A stretch of DNA of 64,000 nt from Aulosira sp. ZfuVER01. GTDB lineage: Bacteria > Cyanobacteriota > Cyanobacteriia > Cyanobacteriales > Nostocaceae. A program made the position numbers and the translations under genes. Positions 33,850 through 44,048 of the stretch are shown here, in pieces. The notes beneath the pieces were generated by a model. The model was not told the origin of the DNA, did not search any database, and saw only the letters and a list, made by a program, of their open reading frames with translations. The stretch is from assembly GCA_034530615.2 (NCBI GenBank), contig JAVRCV020000016.1, positions 1-64,000 on the forward strand. The letters are read 5' to 3'. Position 1 is the first letter of the stretch. The number at the start of each line of letters is the position of its first letter.

Positions 33850-35907
33850 TTACCTGAGATGAGCAGTGCCAGAATTAGCAAAATGGTCGAGGAGTTCGCG
33901 GTGCAGAAAGCGGTAACGCCCACCAACACGCAAGAGTAAGCGCCGTTCAACACAGTAGTTGAGGAATTGGGCAAGATTCCAGGGGATATCACCACTTTGC
34001 CAAAGAACGAGGCGCAGAGAAAAGTGCTGTACACAAGCAAGCCCACCACCTAACCAAAAGCCGAAAAACAGAGCCATAAATAGCCCTGGTAGCAAATATT
34101 GGGGAGAGTTGCGTAATAAAATTCCTGGTAAATCTAGCCAGTCATGCTTTTCTACTAGTCTACGAGCCACTGGAGTCGCCATCATCACAATTACGCCAAG
34201 GGGATAACTCAAGGCTGTTGTCCATAGCATACTCTGTAATGAGTTCCAGATGCCTTGGTTGGGCTGCGATCGCACTTTTAATTCTTCCTTCAGCCCTCTA
34301 ATCAGCCCGAAAATCAGCCCTCCAATCAGCCCTCCAATCAGCCCGAAAATCAGTCCTCCAATCAGTCCTCCAATCAGCCCGACAATCAGTCCTCCAATCA
34401 GTCCTCCACTCAGCCCGACAATCAGCCCCTCGCGGAAACCTGCTAAAAATTTTCGTATTGCGTAGCGAGATATGGAAATTTGAAATGCTTCTACAAGTTC
34501 AATCTTATTTAGCCCGAAAATCAGCCCGAAAATCAGCCCCAAAATCAGCCCCAAAATCAGCCCGAAAATCAGCCCGAAAATCAGCCCGGAAATCAGCCCC
34601 AAAATCAGCCCGACAATCAGCCCGACAATCAGCCCCAAAATCAGCCCGTAAATCAGCCGATAGCGTCGCTGTAAATGTTTAGACTCAATCCAAGTCGGCT
34701 GCATTTGCTCAATTAGCAATTCTACTGTGTTGTTATCTTGCAACCGCTTTGCTATCCAACTTAAAGTGTGGCGGGTTTGCTGCCAACCGGGTTCTGCTGC
34801 CACTGTTTTATACGCCCATTTCCCTTCTTCCTTGTTTTGGCGGCGTTCTTGCTCACGGGTATCTCTCGACAACTGGCGGTCAATATACTTTTCTAATAAA
34901 TCTGCTTTGTTGCTAATTGGCTGCTGGGGATCATACACATCGACTACCAGCTTAATGAACAACGGTACACGCAACAAACCCGGCTCGTTCTCTGAAGTCG
35001 GTTCTAGCAAATTGATTAAATTTGGATTTCTCTCAATCACTGACCATAATTCTGAACTGTTCAAGCTATAGAGATAATCTTGAATTTGGGAGTCAGATAA
35101 AGGTTGGAGACACACCGCACCTCTAAGGTTGTTTAGCTTCTGGTTGACAGCCTCAAATTCTTTGATCCGACAGCAAACTACAACATGGGGATAATGACGG
35201 GCAAATTCATTAAGCTTGATGGTACATTTCTTTTGCCTTTCTAGCCCCAATTCATCTAACCCATCCAACAAAGGTAATAACACCCGTTGTTCTAGCCAAC
35301 CCTCATAAATTTTATATTTGGGTTCTCCTCCGTGTAGTTCATAAAGTTGCTCAATTAACCATTGCTCAATGCTTTGGTTATCATCCTGCCAAGTCGAAAG
35401 CTCAAATAAAACAGGGATGACAGTTTTGGGATTTTGCCGCGCCCCCCACACCAACTGCTCGGCTAAACCCAACAGTGCTGTAGTTTTCCCTGCTCCTGGC
35501 GCACCTAAAATTAGCAGTTTGCCGTTAATATCATCTCTTTCAAATATCTCAATTAGCAGTTTATTGGCATCTATAGTTCCATAATCTTGACCATTAATCT
35601 GCAAACTTCGACTTACCCAAGATAACTGTTCAGCATAAGAGACACTCATGGCAATTCGCTGCTTACCCAAGGTATCAGTCAAGCGTTGACGAATATCCGG
35701 TAACTGTTTTTCTTTGAGCAACCGTTGTCCCCATTCCCAATTAACTTGCGGTGGCTGTGGGTTGCTAAACATCCGCAAGATAATGTTATTGATTGTGACT
35801 TGGTTAGCTTGACTATTTTGAAAACTAACTGCGTCCCGGCTGGCCTGTGTCTGCTGAACTTCACTATTTTGCAGTGAACTATCGCCAATATCTTGATTTT
35901 GCTCCAT
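33850..35907 (-). CDS. NACHT-domain NTPase with C-terminal Gly-Leu-Ile-rich membrane region
   Basis: Walker A GAPGAGKT, Walker B LLPLLDGLDE, (GLIx)n tracts, terminal GGRYRFLH. Confidence 0.92.
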   Translation of the reverse strand: MEQNQDIGDSSLQNSEVQQTQASRDAVSFQNSQANQVTINNIILRMFSNPQPPQVNWEWGQRLLKEKQLPDIRQRLTDTLGKQRIAMSVSYAEQLSWVSRSLQINGQDYGTIDANKLLIEIFERDDINGKLLILGAPGAGKTTALLGLAEQLVWGARQNPKTVIPVLFELSTWQDDNQSIEQWLIEQLYELHGGEPKYKIYEGWLEQRVLLPLLDGLDELGLERQKKCTIKLNEFARHYPHVVVCCRIKEFEAVNQKLNNLRGAVCLQPLSDSQIQDYLYSLNSSELWSVIERNPNLINLLEPTSENEPGLLRVPLFIKLVVDVYDPQQPISNKADLLEKYIDRQLSRDTREQERRQNKEEGKWAYKTVAAEPGWQQTRHTLSWIAKRLQDNNTVELLIEQMQPTWIESKHLQRRYRLIYGLILGLIVGLIVGLILGLISGLIFGLIFGLILGLILGLIFGLIFGLNKIELVEAFQISISRYAIRKFLAGFREGLIVGLSGGLIGGLIVGLIGGLIGGLIFGLIGGLIGGLIFGLIRGLKEELKVRSQPNQGIWNSLQSMLWTTALSYPLGVIVMMATPVARRLVEKHDWLDLPGILLRNSPQYLLPGLFMALFFGFWLGGGLACVQHFSLRLVLWQSGDIPWNLAQFLNYCVERRLLLRVGGRYRFLHRELLDHFANSGTAHLR
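34299..34657. repeat. Two coding 12-bp tandem arrays (~34299-34428 and ~34511-34657)
   Basis: Units such as AATCAGCCCGAA encoding F/L/V/G-G-L-I on the minus strand. Confidence 0.9.
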
Positions 35908-35929
35908 TACCCATAATCAATAAGAATCT

Positions 35930-36373
35930 CTACATTCCAATGAGTTTTGCCGCTACTCCTAACCAGGGAGTAATAGCTTGAAAAACTTCCTGTCCTGTTT
36001 GCCACAAGCTTTTTCCGGCTTCTGTGGTTTCTTTCATCGTTTTGAGAGTCTCATTGACTTGTTTGAGATTCTGCCCTACCAAATCTTTGTTCGGTTCTTC
36101 CTTGTTGACTTCGCGCTTGGCGGGGCGTAAATAGTCCAGTAGTTCATCTTTTTCATCTGGAGTTAGTGAAGCAGCTTTAATGGCTGTTTCCAAATTCTCC
36201 AATTGCTTAACTACATCGGTGTTAGTGATTTGCTGCTGTGTGTCTAGTTTGCTCGATTGACTTTGCTGAAGATCGCGTCCTGCCTGTCCTTGTTGAATCG
36301 CACTCCCAGTTAAATTTACACCACTAATACTTTGAGATTGGCTTGGTTGTTCTGGTTGTTTTTTACCAAACAT
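35930..36373 (-). CDS. Small protein with Q/S-rich N-terminal motif and helical C-terminal domain, directly upstream of the NACHT gene
   Basis: 147 aa; 22-bp gap to NACHT gene on the same strand. Confidence 0.8.
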   Translation of the reverse strand: MFGKKQPEQPSQSQSISGVNLTGSAIQQGQAGRDLQQSQSSKLDTQQQITNTDVVKQLENLETAIKAASLTPDEKDELLDYLRPAKREVNKEEPNKDLVGQNLKQVNETLKTMKETTEAGKSLWQTGQEVFQAITPWLGVAAKLIGM

Positions 36374-36546
36374 AGCTTTTTTGTTAGTTTTGCTCTTATA
36401 TATAGTTCTGCAATTTCTGGATCTACTGCAAAATTGCTATTCATCCAGTTCAGTAATGGTATCAATATTAACAATTCAAAATTCAAAATTAAAGACATTT
36501 AGGAGAATTTCAAGACTTGTGTATACACCGTAGCCCGGTGGGAGAG

Positions 36547-37704
36547 CAGGGCTGTTTCATTCCACAAGGGCAAGAAGTTTGTCAATATCATGAGAGAGAA
36601 ATCTTTGAGCAATTGTGATGGAAGTATGACCATTTCGGCGCAGTATGTTGAGAGCGATCGCTCTCAAAATGGAAAGATTTGCGGGAGCGTTGCCAAGACG
36701 GATTGTGGAATTATCTTCTTTGAAAACAACATCTTTTACCCAATGGAGGGAATTTTCGATACCCCAGTGACCGCGAATACAGAGAGCGAACTCCTTCGCT
36801 GTACAAATCAAACTGCTAATGTAACAAACAATTTCATGATATTTCTTACCTTTTCTTGTGCCAGTTCTTTCGACCCTGACTAAAGATTGTATTCCAGTCC
36901 ATGCCGGGTCAATTCCATTGACATCATGGAAAACTTCGACAATACGTGTTGTAAATCTATCTCTAGTTCTTTCTGACTCAACTAAACGAGAAGTTGGTTT
37001 TTTGGTGGCGGCAATGCCTTGAATATGGCTATGTAGTTTGGGCTGATTCTCTTTAACAGCAATGACATAATCATTGCCACTTTCTATAATTATTTGGCAA
37101 GTTTTTTTTGACAATGTAAGGAATCAAAGCTCAAAACCACACCTTCTAGACCCAATGCTGTGACTAGCTCTTGTACAACTTGGATTTCGCTTTTGAGTTG
37201 GTTCTCAAATTTCTCCATCCCGATAACCAGCCCTTTTTTGCCAGCGAATACTGATACTATGCTCACAAAATTCTGATGAGATGAACTATAGTTTTGCACT
37301 GTACCCTTAATACTTTTACCGTCTATTGCACACCATTCCGATACTTCTAAATCCACATATTTCTTTGCCCACTCATTAAATTTTTGAGCCAGTTTCTCGA
37401 AATCCACTCCCATGACTACACGTCGGATTGTCGAATATGAGGGAACTCCATGTTTTTGAATTCCAAATATTTCTATGAGCGCCAAACGATGCCGTTTGAC
37501 AAAATCCCCCCATGCACGATACCCGACATATCCACTCATGGTGCCCATTATTACAAATAGCAACACTAGCCAAAGTTGATGTCTTCGACCATCTGTCGTT
37601 CTCAAATCTTCAACCTGCTGTAGTTGTTCAATCAAATTTGCACCCATGATTTTTTCCCCTCAACACTTGCAATTTTACTTGTTTTAGGGAATGAAACAGC
37701 CCTG
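36547..37704 (-). mobile_element. ISAs1-family insertion sequence; transposase split into 37090-37647 and 36557-37114
   Basis: Perfect 17-bp TIRs cagggctgtttcattcc / ggaatgaaacagccctg; AIDGK, DSLHCQ, VKENQ, IRGHWGIENSLHWVKDV. Confidence 0.93.
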
Positions 37705-37821
37705 CTTATTAAGGGGAGCCACTGCGTTGCGGGGGTTCCCCCCGTTGTAGCAAGTGGCGTGGATTTAGGGGGATCAAATATCTTGAGCAACAAAGCCTTT
37801 CACCTTAAGTTGACACCAATG
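37705..37821. repeat. Half-MITE: small palindromic repeat ending in an IS4-type TIR
   Basis: cttaagttgacaccaatg at 37804-37821 is identical to the IS4 TIR at 8824-8841. Confidence 0.75.
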
Positions 37822-37909
37822 CCTCTACTATATGCAGGCGACGGAATTTTTGAGACCGATGAACACAGGGTAATATAAATTATCCTCAGCAGTATTGAGG
37901 TAAAGCCAA

Positions 37910-38095
37910 ATGGTTTTGACTCCTCAACAATTAGAAGCCATGATGCCTGACGCTAGTCAGCTACTAAGCGATGAGCCAGAAATGGAAAGTTCTCTGCATT
38001 ACGCCCAGCTATTATTACTCGTCACCTGTTTAGAATGGCTTTGGCGCGATTCGCCTGACGGCGATAGCTCCGCTTCACGCAATGATTACTTTCTA
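37910..38095 (+). pseudogene. Truncated Uma2-family gene (N-terminus only) with a small repeat inserted
   Basis: SDEPEMESSLH...LEWLWRD[insert]RNDYF, then runs into the convergent gene. Confidence 0.7.
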
Positions 38096-38106
38096 CGAAT
38101 TACGAA

Positions 38107-39780
38107 TTATGATGATTTCAACTTAAATTCATCAAACTTAACTACTTCAGAATCCGGCTTGCGGGTATCAAAGCGGTAGCTGCTAACTTTACCTGTCTCA
38201 GTATCAAAAATACTAAAAACTGTGATGTCATTACTCGCAATATAAGGCATAGGTTGACCATCTTCCCTTAATAATGGAGCAATTGTTGGTACTACAGGTT
38301 CTAAACCATTAGGATCGCCCAATACAACATATTCTTCTTGATACCCAATCGGAACTTCTCGCTTTCTATCACCCCAAGCTGCACCATAAGAGTTACCAAC
38401 ATTAGATGTTTCTAAAAAGTGCATTCCACTATAACTAACGAAGCGATTCCATAAATGAGAATGACCATATAAAACAAATTGCACATCAGCCTTCTCTAGT
38501 AAGGGTATAACATCGCGGATAATATAATCAGCATTTTTAGGATATTCGTAACGCACGGCTTTGATGTTACCAGTACTATCTCGTTCAATTATCTGAACTG
38601 GATCTGTATAAGCTGGGACAATGTTATCACCCAAAGTATGAGGTGGATGATGAAACATCACAACTTTGTATTTTGCCTGTTTAAATTCATCACTATTAAG
38701 TTCTTTTTCTAGCCAATTGTACTGCTGGCTACCTTTGGTAATTGGTTCATAAATTAACTGTCCATAACCCCAATTTTCAGAATTATTTAAATCTTGTGCT
38801 ACTTCCTGATATCTACCTCTATATGGTGCATCCAATTTAGGAGTGCGCCACATATTTGTAATATATAGCACGACCAAACGTACATCACCAAAGTTAACTG
38901 CATAATATCTTTTTCCACCTTCTTTACTTTTTGGTAAGGTGAAAATTTCTTCGTAGGTATCAGTATTAAAAGAATTATCTTTCAGTGATTTACCGCTATA
39001 TAATTTTTGGGCAACTGTACGGGGAATCGTATCATTAAATTCATCATCTAAGCTTGCAGTTCTGGCGAACCTTCCCATCACCTCATGATTGCCAATGCAA
39101 GGAAATATTGGTGCGTGTTGAATTATTTGTCCGCCAGTATAGGATGTCTGCACGCCGTTGTGATTCATTTCATAGTTAGCGCGACCTTGTAAAGCGGGAA
39201 AAAACGCACCACCGCGATTATCATCAAACCATTCAGAAGCGCGATCGCTCACATTAACTAAATCGCCAGCAAACCACACTGCATCAACTCGTCCTACTGT
39301 CTCTACCACTTTTTGCAGATTTGCTGCTGTCATCGGTTTAAGTTGATGGTCTGAGGTGAGTAAAATTTTCAGTGGTGTCCCTGGTTTGGGGTTAGGTGCG
39401 AGGGTAAAAATATCGCTGCTAACACTCTCGCCATCTTCTCGCACACTTTTTATCCGATAATTCACCCGTACACCAGGAGTTAACCCAGTTACCTCAGCTT
39501 CATGTCGCCAAATGTCACGCATAACAGGTTGTTGATACACCTGTCCATTTTCGGTTTGGGTTCCAACACGCGATCGCTGGTCTTCCCGTGTGCGACTGAG
39601 TTTAATTGTACTTGCCCAAGCAGTCTGATTGAGATTTTCCCCATAATTGGCTATATGTTTACTACCTGCAAATTCTGTAAACCAAACTACTCGCACTGAG
39701 GTTTCAGTTGGCAGTTGCAAAAATGGATCGGTCAGCAATTTGGGTGCTGAGGTCATAATTGTTTGCCCAGATGAACGCAC
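38107..39780 (-). CDS. Metallophosphoesterase (purple acid phosphatase-like) with N-terminal FN3-like domain
   Basis: SDHQ, AGDLV, GNHE, GHSH motifs; true start is probably further upstream. Confidence 0.9.
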   Translation of the reverse strand: MRSSGQTIMTSAPKLLTDPFLQLPTETSVRVVWFTEFAGSKHIANYGENLNQTAWASTIKLSRTREDQRSRVGTQTENGQVYQQPVMRDIWRHEAEVTGLTPGVRVNYRIKSVREDGESVSSDIFTLAPNPKPGTPLKILLTSDHQLKPMTAANLQKVVETVGRVDAVWFAGDLVNVSDRASEWFDDNRGGAFFPALQGRANYEMNHNGVQTSYTGGQIIQHAPIFPCIGNHEVMGRFARTASLDDEFNDTIPRTVAQKLYSGKSLKDNSFNTDTYEEIFTLPKSKEGGKRYYAVNFGDVRLVVLYITNMWRTPKLDAPYRGRYQEVAQDLNNSENWGYGQLIYEPITKGSQQYNWLEKELNSDEFKQAKYKVVMFHHPPHTLGDNIVPAYTDPVQIIERDSTGNIKAVRYEYPKNADYIIRDVIPLLEKADVQFVLYGHSHLWNRFVSYSGMHFLETSNVGNSYGAAWGDRKREVPIGYQEEYVVLGDPNGLEPVVPTIAPLLREDGQPMPYIASNDITVFSIFDTETGKVSSYRFDTRKPDSEVVKFDEFKLKSS

Positions 39781-40150
39781 GTTTACCAGCGTAATGCATA
39801 TAGTCAGCAGAAATACAAGGACTAAGAGTAATTTCCGGTTATTTAGACCTTTAGTTATAGCAACTTTAGGGAGGGTTTTCCTGCCACTGGGGCTCGGCTT
39901 TACTCTCTAATAGAGTAATTTTTAACCCTCCTAGATATTTATACTTCGATAAAGCAATTGGTTACTTCCTCTAACTCACTTCACAATTGGCTATATCCTT
40001 ACTTTTGCAGCATTCTTAATATCTTCGACTGCGGGTAAATTTGGCTAAAAATTTTTGATATCCTCTGACCTTTTGTAATACTTCCCCACTAAGCTGAATA
40101 GATGGGGATTGTTTTATTGGGTTCCTATTTGTTATTTGCCTGTTCTCTGA

Positions 40151-41092
40151 TTAACTTATATGATAACGGCTCTTACCAAATGCCTTTGCCTGATACATTG
40201 CAGTATCTGCTTTACGCAAAATTTCTTCGGGTGATTTATCATCTGCTGTGATTATTGATATACCAATGCTCACCGAACAAGATATTTGCTGACCGTTCAA
40301 TACAAAAGATTGTTTGAGTGCAGCAATAACTTGATTGGCTATACGAGCTGCACAACGAAAATCTTTGATATCTTCTAATAAAATTACAAATTCATCTCCA
40401 CCCAGCCGTGCAATAAAATCTCCCCATCGTAATGTAGACTTTAGCCTCTGGCTAATTTCAATCAAAAGTTTATCTCCAGTATCATGACCAAAATTGTCAT
40501 TGATTGCCTTAAATCCATCCAAATCTAGAAACAAAATAGAGGAAAAATAGTTGGCATAATACTGTTGACATTCCAGCACGTAATCCAATTGCTGCATAAA
40601 GTAAGCTCGATTTGGTAAACCTGTGAGAGGATCGTGCATCGCAATCCGGCGTAATTCTTCTTCAAGTTGTTTGCGATCTGTGATGTCACGAATGATATTA
40701 AGCAAATAAGTTTTTTTTTGCCATTCTAAAAGCTTGACTGATAATAACCCAGTCCGTTTTTCACCATTTTTCAGACAAAATTCAATTTCTAAATTTTGAA
40801 TATCTTCCTGCGTAGTTAAGCTTTTCTGAATTTGTGAATACCCTTCAAGGGTAAATCCCATATCTAATAATGTAATCGGGTAGCCAATAACATTCTCTCT
40901 ACTATAGCCAGTTACCTTTAAGAATGTTTTATTAATTTCTACACAATATCCTTTGCCTAATGTAGTTATTAAAATTAAATCAGGAAAATAATCAATAACT
41001 TTTAAAAAGGTATCTTGGGAATATTCATTTGTTATTTGATTTGCTTTTAAATCAAATATACCAGCTTTGCAACTAGTATTCCTAGGTTTCAT
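40151..41092 (-). CDS. PAS-GGDEF diguanylate cyclase
   Basis: PAS/PAC (DITDRK), DPLTGLPNR, DLDGFK, RLGGDEF intact. Confidence 0.93.
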   Translation of the reverse strand: MKPRNTSCKAGIFDLKANQITNEYSQDTFLKVIDYFPDLILITTLGKGYCVEINKTFLKVTGYSRENVIGYPITLLDMGFTLEGYSQIQKSLTTQEDIQNLEIEFCLKNGEKRTGLLSVKLLEWQKKTYLLNIIRDITDRKQLEEELRRIAMHDPLTGLPNRAYFMQQLDYVLECQQYYANYFSSILFLDLDGFKAINDNFGHDTGDKLLIEISQRLKSTLRWGDFIARLGGDEFVILLEDIKDFRCAARIANQVIAALKQSFVLNGQQISCSVSIGISIITADDKSPEEILRKADTAMYQAKAFGKSRYHIS

Positions 41093-41187
41093 ATGTTAAA
41101 TATATGTTATTAACAGATAATCATAATGTTTTTAATCGTTATTCACTAAAAGTATTAGTTATTCTTAAGCTATTCCGAATTAAAGGT

Positions 41188-43413
41188 CTAAAGAAACATC
41201 GGAATTGGATTAAGCTGAAATTCTGTTAATTCTGTTGTTAACCAACCCATATTTACAGGTACATCGTATAATCGACCTGGAGCAAACTGCGCCCAAAAGT
41301 GTCGCAGACCAGGAACAACAACTTTCACAACATCCATACCAATATCTGGACGTGTTTGATCGAGAACAAAAATTTCTAGCCCCTGTTTAGCAGCTAAATC
41401 AACACAAGCCAGAACATCATCTCGCAAGTCATGAGTGTGGTAATCAGGATAGTCTGCAAATACTTTAGGAACTATATTGGCATCAGGAGTTAGGTAAGCT
41501 TGGTTTGCTAATGTCGCATTTTTGCACCAGTTTTGCATATCTTGACGAGTAAATTTAGCTGGTGAATGAGGATTTCCTCCATTGGAAAGAAATATCATTT
41601 GGTTCATTTCAGTAACAGCACGCAATATAGCAACTTTGGGGTTGAAGTGAGTTCCAAACCCAAAGAGAATATCTTCTGACTGTTGATTTAAGCGCCGGGA
41701 AATTGCTGCAAATGTGGGAATATTTAAATCGGTAGTAAGGTCTAATACCCAAAAATCACGACCAATAAATGTATAGTATGTTTTTAATTTATGCAGATAA
41801 GGTTCATCAAAGCTGTCCAGATCTACAGCAGGTTTATGTAAACGGTTGTACCACCAGATTGCTACTGCATCCCGTTCTACCAACTCCATAAATCCTTGAA
41901 GAATAGCTTCTTCTTTAGTAGTTCCCGCCGCAGTTCCATTGGTGTCTGCATAACAAAAGCAGTGACCTTCAGGTAAGGGATAGCCATAATAACAATATGC
42001 TGTTGGCAGATACTTGAATTGTTGTTGGGTAAGCGACCAGATGGGAGTCCATTCAATTTCTTGGCTTTCATCAAAGGGATCGGGTATCCATTGAATTATC
42101 TGGTGCTGCTGATTCCAAGTTTGGCGATCGCGGTATTGATTTGCGCTATAGTGCATGAATTCATAGGGATGAATTGCCGATTGTTTGAGATTGGCATAAC
42201 TAGCTTTTATCCTTGTTTCTTCTCCGGTAAAGGTTCCTGAATAGCGCTCAATTGCTTCTCCCAAAGCACTCATTTTTGCTTGAGCTGCTGTTTTTCCTTT
42301 ACCAAAGCTTTTATTGTGTAAATCCTCTAATTGTCTACCTTCCCTAGGAAAACTATGCTCGACAACATAAGCGTGAATCAGCTCGTTCTGCTGGAAGGGT
42401 TGAAATAAACTTTTGATGACTCCTGTAATCGGGCTAATATGATGTTCGTAATTTTGAAAAGCTTTTTCTGGTAAGTAACTGCGAAAACCGCTATCAGCAC
42501 TCAATTGCTTTGGCTGGCTATTCAACACCAATGGTTGCGGTTCCCGTTGACTTATGGTGAGTTCGCCACAACAATGACATTGCGGACGACGAACTAAGGT
42601 ATGGCGTTGCAGGTTGAGATTGATCAGATCGAAAGTGAGTAAAGTTCCTTCTAGAGGATGCTGTTTAGGGTTACTTAACCATTTAGCAATTTCAGTCGCT
42701 GCGAGATTTAACCCAGTTTGTACAGTTGAAGCTAAAGCAGCACGAGACACAGGAAACGGATTTAAGGTTTGCTTTTGCTCTTGTAGAAAAGACTCAACCT
42801 CACGATTCATTTTTAAACGTTGTGCTAAACATTCCCAACACCCTGTATAAGCAGGCCGAAAGATGGGGCCAATCCAAATCACACCTCCCACTGGTTTAAC
42901 TAGTAGCCAAGAACGCCTCTCTTGTAAAGCTTCTCGGTTAAATATTGCCAAACCAGGTTGAAGATAATCATCTGTAAGCACAACAGCAAACTTACCAGAA
43001 TCACTAATGGGAATGTTGAGGGATTCTAAGATGGCAGTTAATGGCTCAGATTTGACACTACCAAAAGTAGTGATACAAACTTTAGCTTCTTGGAGAGTTT
43101 GAGTTACAAGGTTAGCATCTCTATTGAGCAGTCCCCAAAAAGCCGATTCCGCAAGTGGGGTGTTATCGGCGTTAGTGATGTATCCTTTGCGTTCCAGCTG
43201 CTCTAAAGCATATATAGTTTCATCCGCCGAAGCTTGTCCTTGCAGCTGTTGAGCAATTTCCTCTACTGTGTAAAGCCCATTGAGTAGAGGTGCTAGTAGG
43301 CAGTATAAACGCCCACTTAAGATAAAATGCCCCTTCTCACTCAATAAAAATACCGTTCTCGGAGGCGATACCTCAACATGAAAGTACTCTTTGAACTTCG
43401 GCTGAATGAGCAT
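41188..43413 (-). CDS. Fused TOMM leader-binding/E1-like plus YcaO cyclodehydratase
   Basis: N-terminal RRE-like region, GCWECL, RRPQC, GKG...EAIERYS, DTNGTAAG..EEAILQGFMELVERDA, C-terminal PIP. Confidence 0.93.
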   Translation of the reverse strand: MLIQPKFKEYFHVEVSPPRTVFLLSEKGHFILSGRLYCLLAPLLNGLYTVEEIAQQLQGQASADETIYALEQLERKGYITNADNTPLAESAFWGLLNRDANLVTQTLQEAKVCITTFGSVKSEPLTAILESLNIPISDSGKFAVVLTDDYLQPGLAIFNREALQERRSWLLVKPVGGVIWIGPIFRPAYTGCWECLAQRLKMNREVESFLQEQKQTLNPFPVSRAALASTVQTGLNLAATEIAKWLSNPKQHPLEGTLLTFDLINLNLQRHTLVRRPQCHCCGELTISQREPQPLVLNSQPKQLSADSGFRSYLPEKAFQNYEHHISPITGVIKSLFQPFQQNELIHAYVVEHSFPREGRQLEDLHNKSFGKGKTAAQAKMSALGEAIERYSGTFTGEETRIKASYANLKQSAIHPYEFMHYSANQYRDRQTWNQQHQIIQWIPDPFDESQEIEWTPIWSLTQQQFKYLPTAYCYYGYPLPEGHCFCYADTNGTAAGTTKEEAILQGFMELVERDAVAIWWYNRLHKPAVDLDSFDEPYLHKLKTYYTFIGRDFWVLDLTTDLNIPTFAAISRRLNQQSEDILFGFGTHFNPKVAILRAVTEMNQMIFLSNGGNPHSPAKFTRQDMQNWCKNATLANQAYLTPDANIVPKVFADYPDYHTHDLRDDVLACVDLAAKQGLEIFVLDQTRPDIGMDVVKVVVPGLRHFWAQFAPGRLYDVPVNMGWLTTELTEFQLNPIPMFL

Positions 43414-43517
43414 AATTTTGGTAGTTAAATATAGATGCAGTCAACCCCTTAGGGAAATTCAAAATTCACAATTCAAAATCTAAAATGCAGTAAATGTTTT
43501 TCTGTAATCAAGATGAT

Positions 43518-44048
43518 TTATTGAGGATTTAGCAGAAGTTGTTGTTTCATCTCACTAATTTCGAGACTAAGATTATTAATTTGGGTATCTTGTGCTTGCA
43601 ACTTTTGGTAAAGTGCTTGAATTGCGGCTAAAGCTACACCATTAGCATCTACAGCTTCGATAAAGCGATCGCTTTCACCAACGTTGAAAGTAGCCGCAAA
43701 GTCTTGTGCCATTGGGCCAATATGGCGAATTGCTTCATCTTGGTTTTTATACTTCCAGGTGGTGATGGGTAAACTGGCAATTCCCTGAAGAATGGTGTGG
43801 ACATCGACCTCAGCAACTTCTTCTTTGACATTGCGATCGCTCATGAAGCGAATTGATCCATTAGGGTCTAGATACATATTTGGGTTATCTTGTAGCCCTG
43901 GAGCATTTAATGTTGCGCTATTTCCTGGAACTTCCTGGTTTCCAAGATTAATGTAGCCAGTACCACCAACACAACTTGCTAACTCATCATCCGATAATTC
44001 TTCAATTAGGCTTGCCGTGGTTAAATGTTCTTGGTGATTAGTGTACAT
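43518..44048 (-). CDS. Precursor A: double-glycine leader, 40-aa core, peptidase S74-like chaperone domain and coiled coil
   Basis: IEELSDDELASCVGG leader; SDRNVK...WKYK...HIGPMAQD S74-type motifs. Confidence 0.85.
   Translation of the reverse strand: MYTNHQEHLTTASLIEELSDDELASCVGGTGYINLGNQEVPGNSATLNAPGLQDNPNMYLDPNGSIRFMSDRNVKEEVAEVDVHTILQGIASLPITTWKYKNQDEAIRHIGPMAQDFAATFNVGESDRFIEAVDANGVALAAIQALYQKLQAQDTQINNLSLEISEMKQQLLLNPQ

Noticed and set aside
34250..34682. Plus-strand ORFs with PISP / KSAR repeats
   Set aside because: Antisense shadows of the 12-bp GLIx arrays in the NACHT gene
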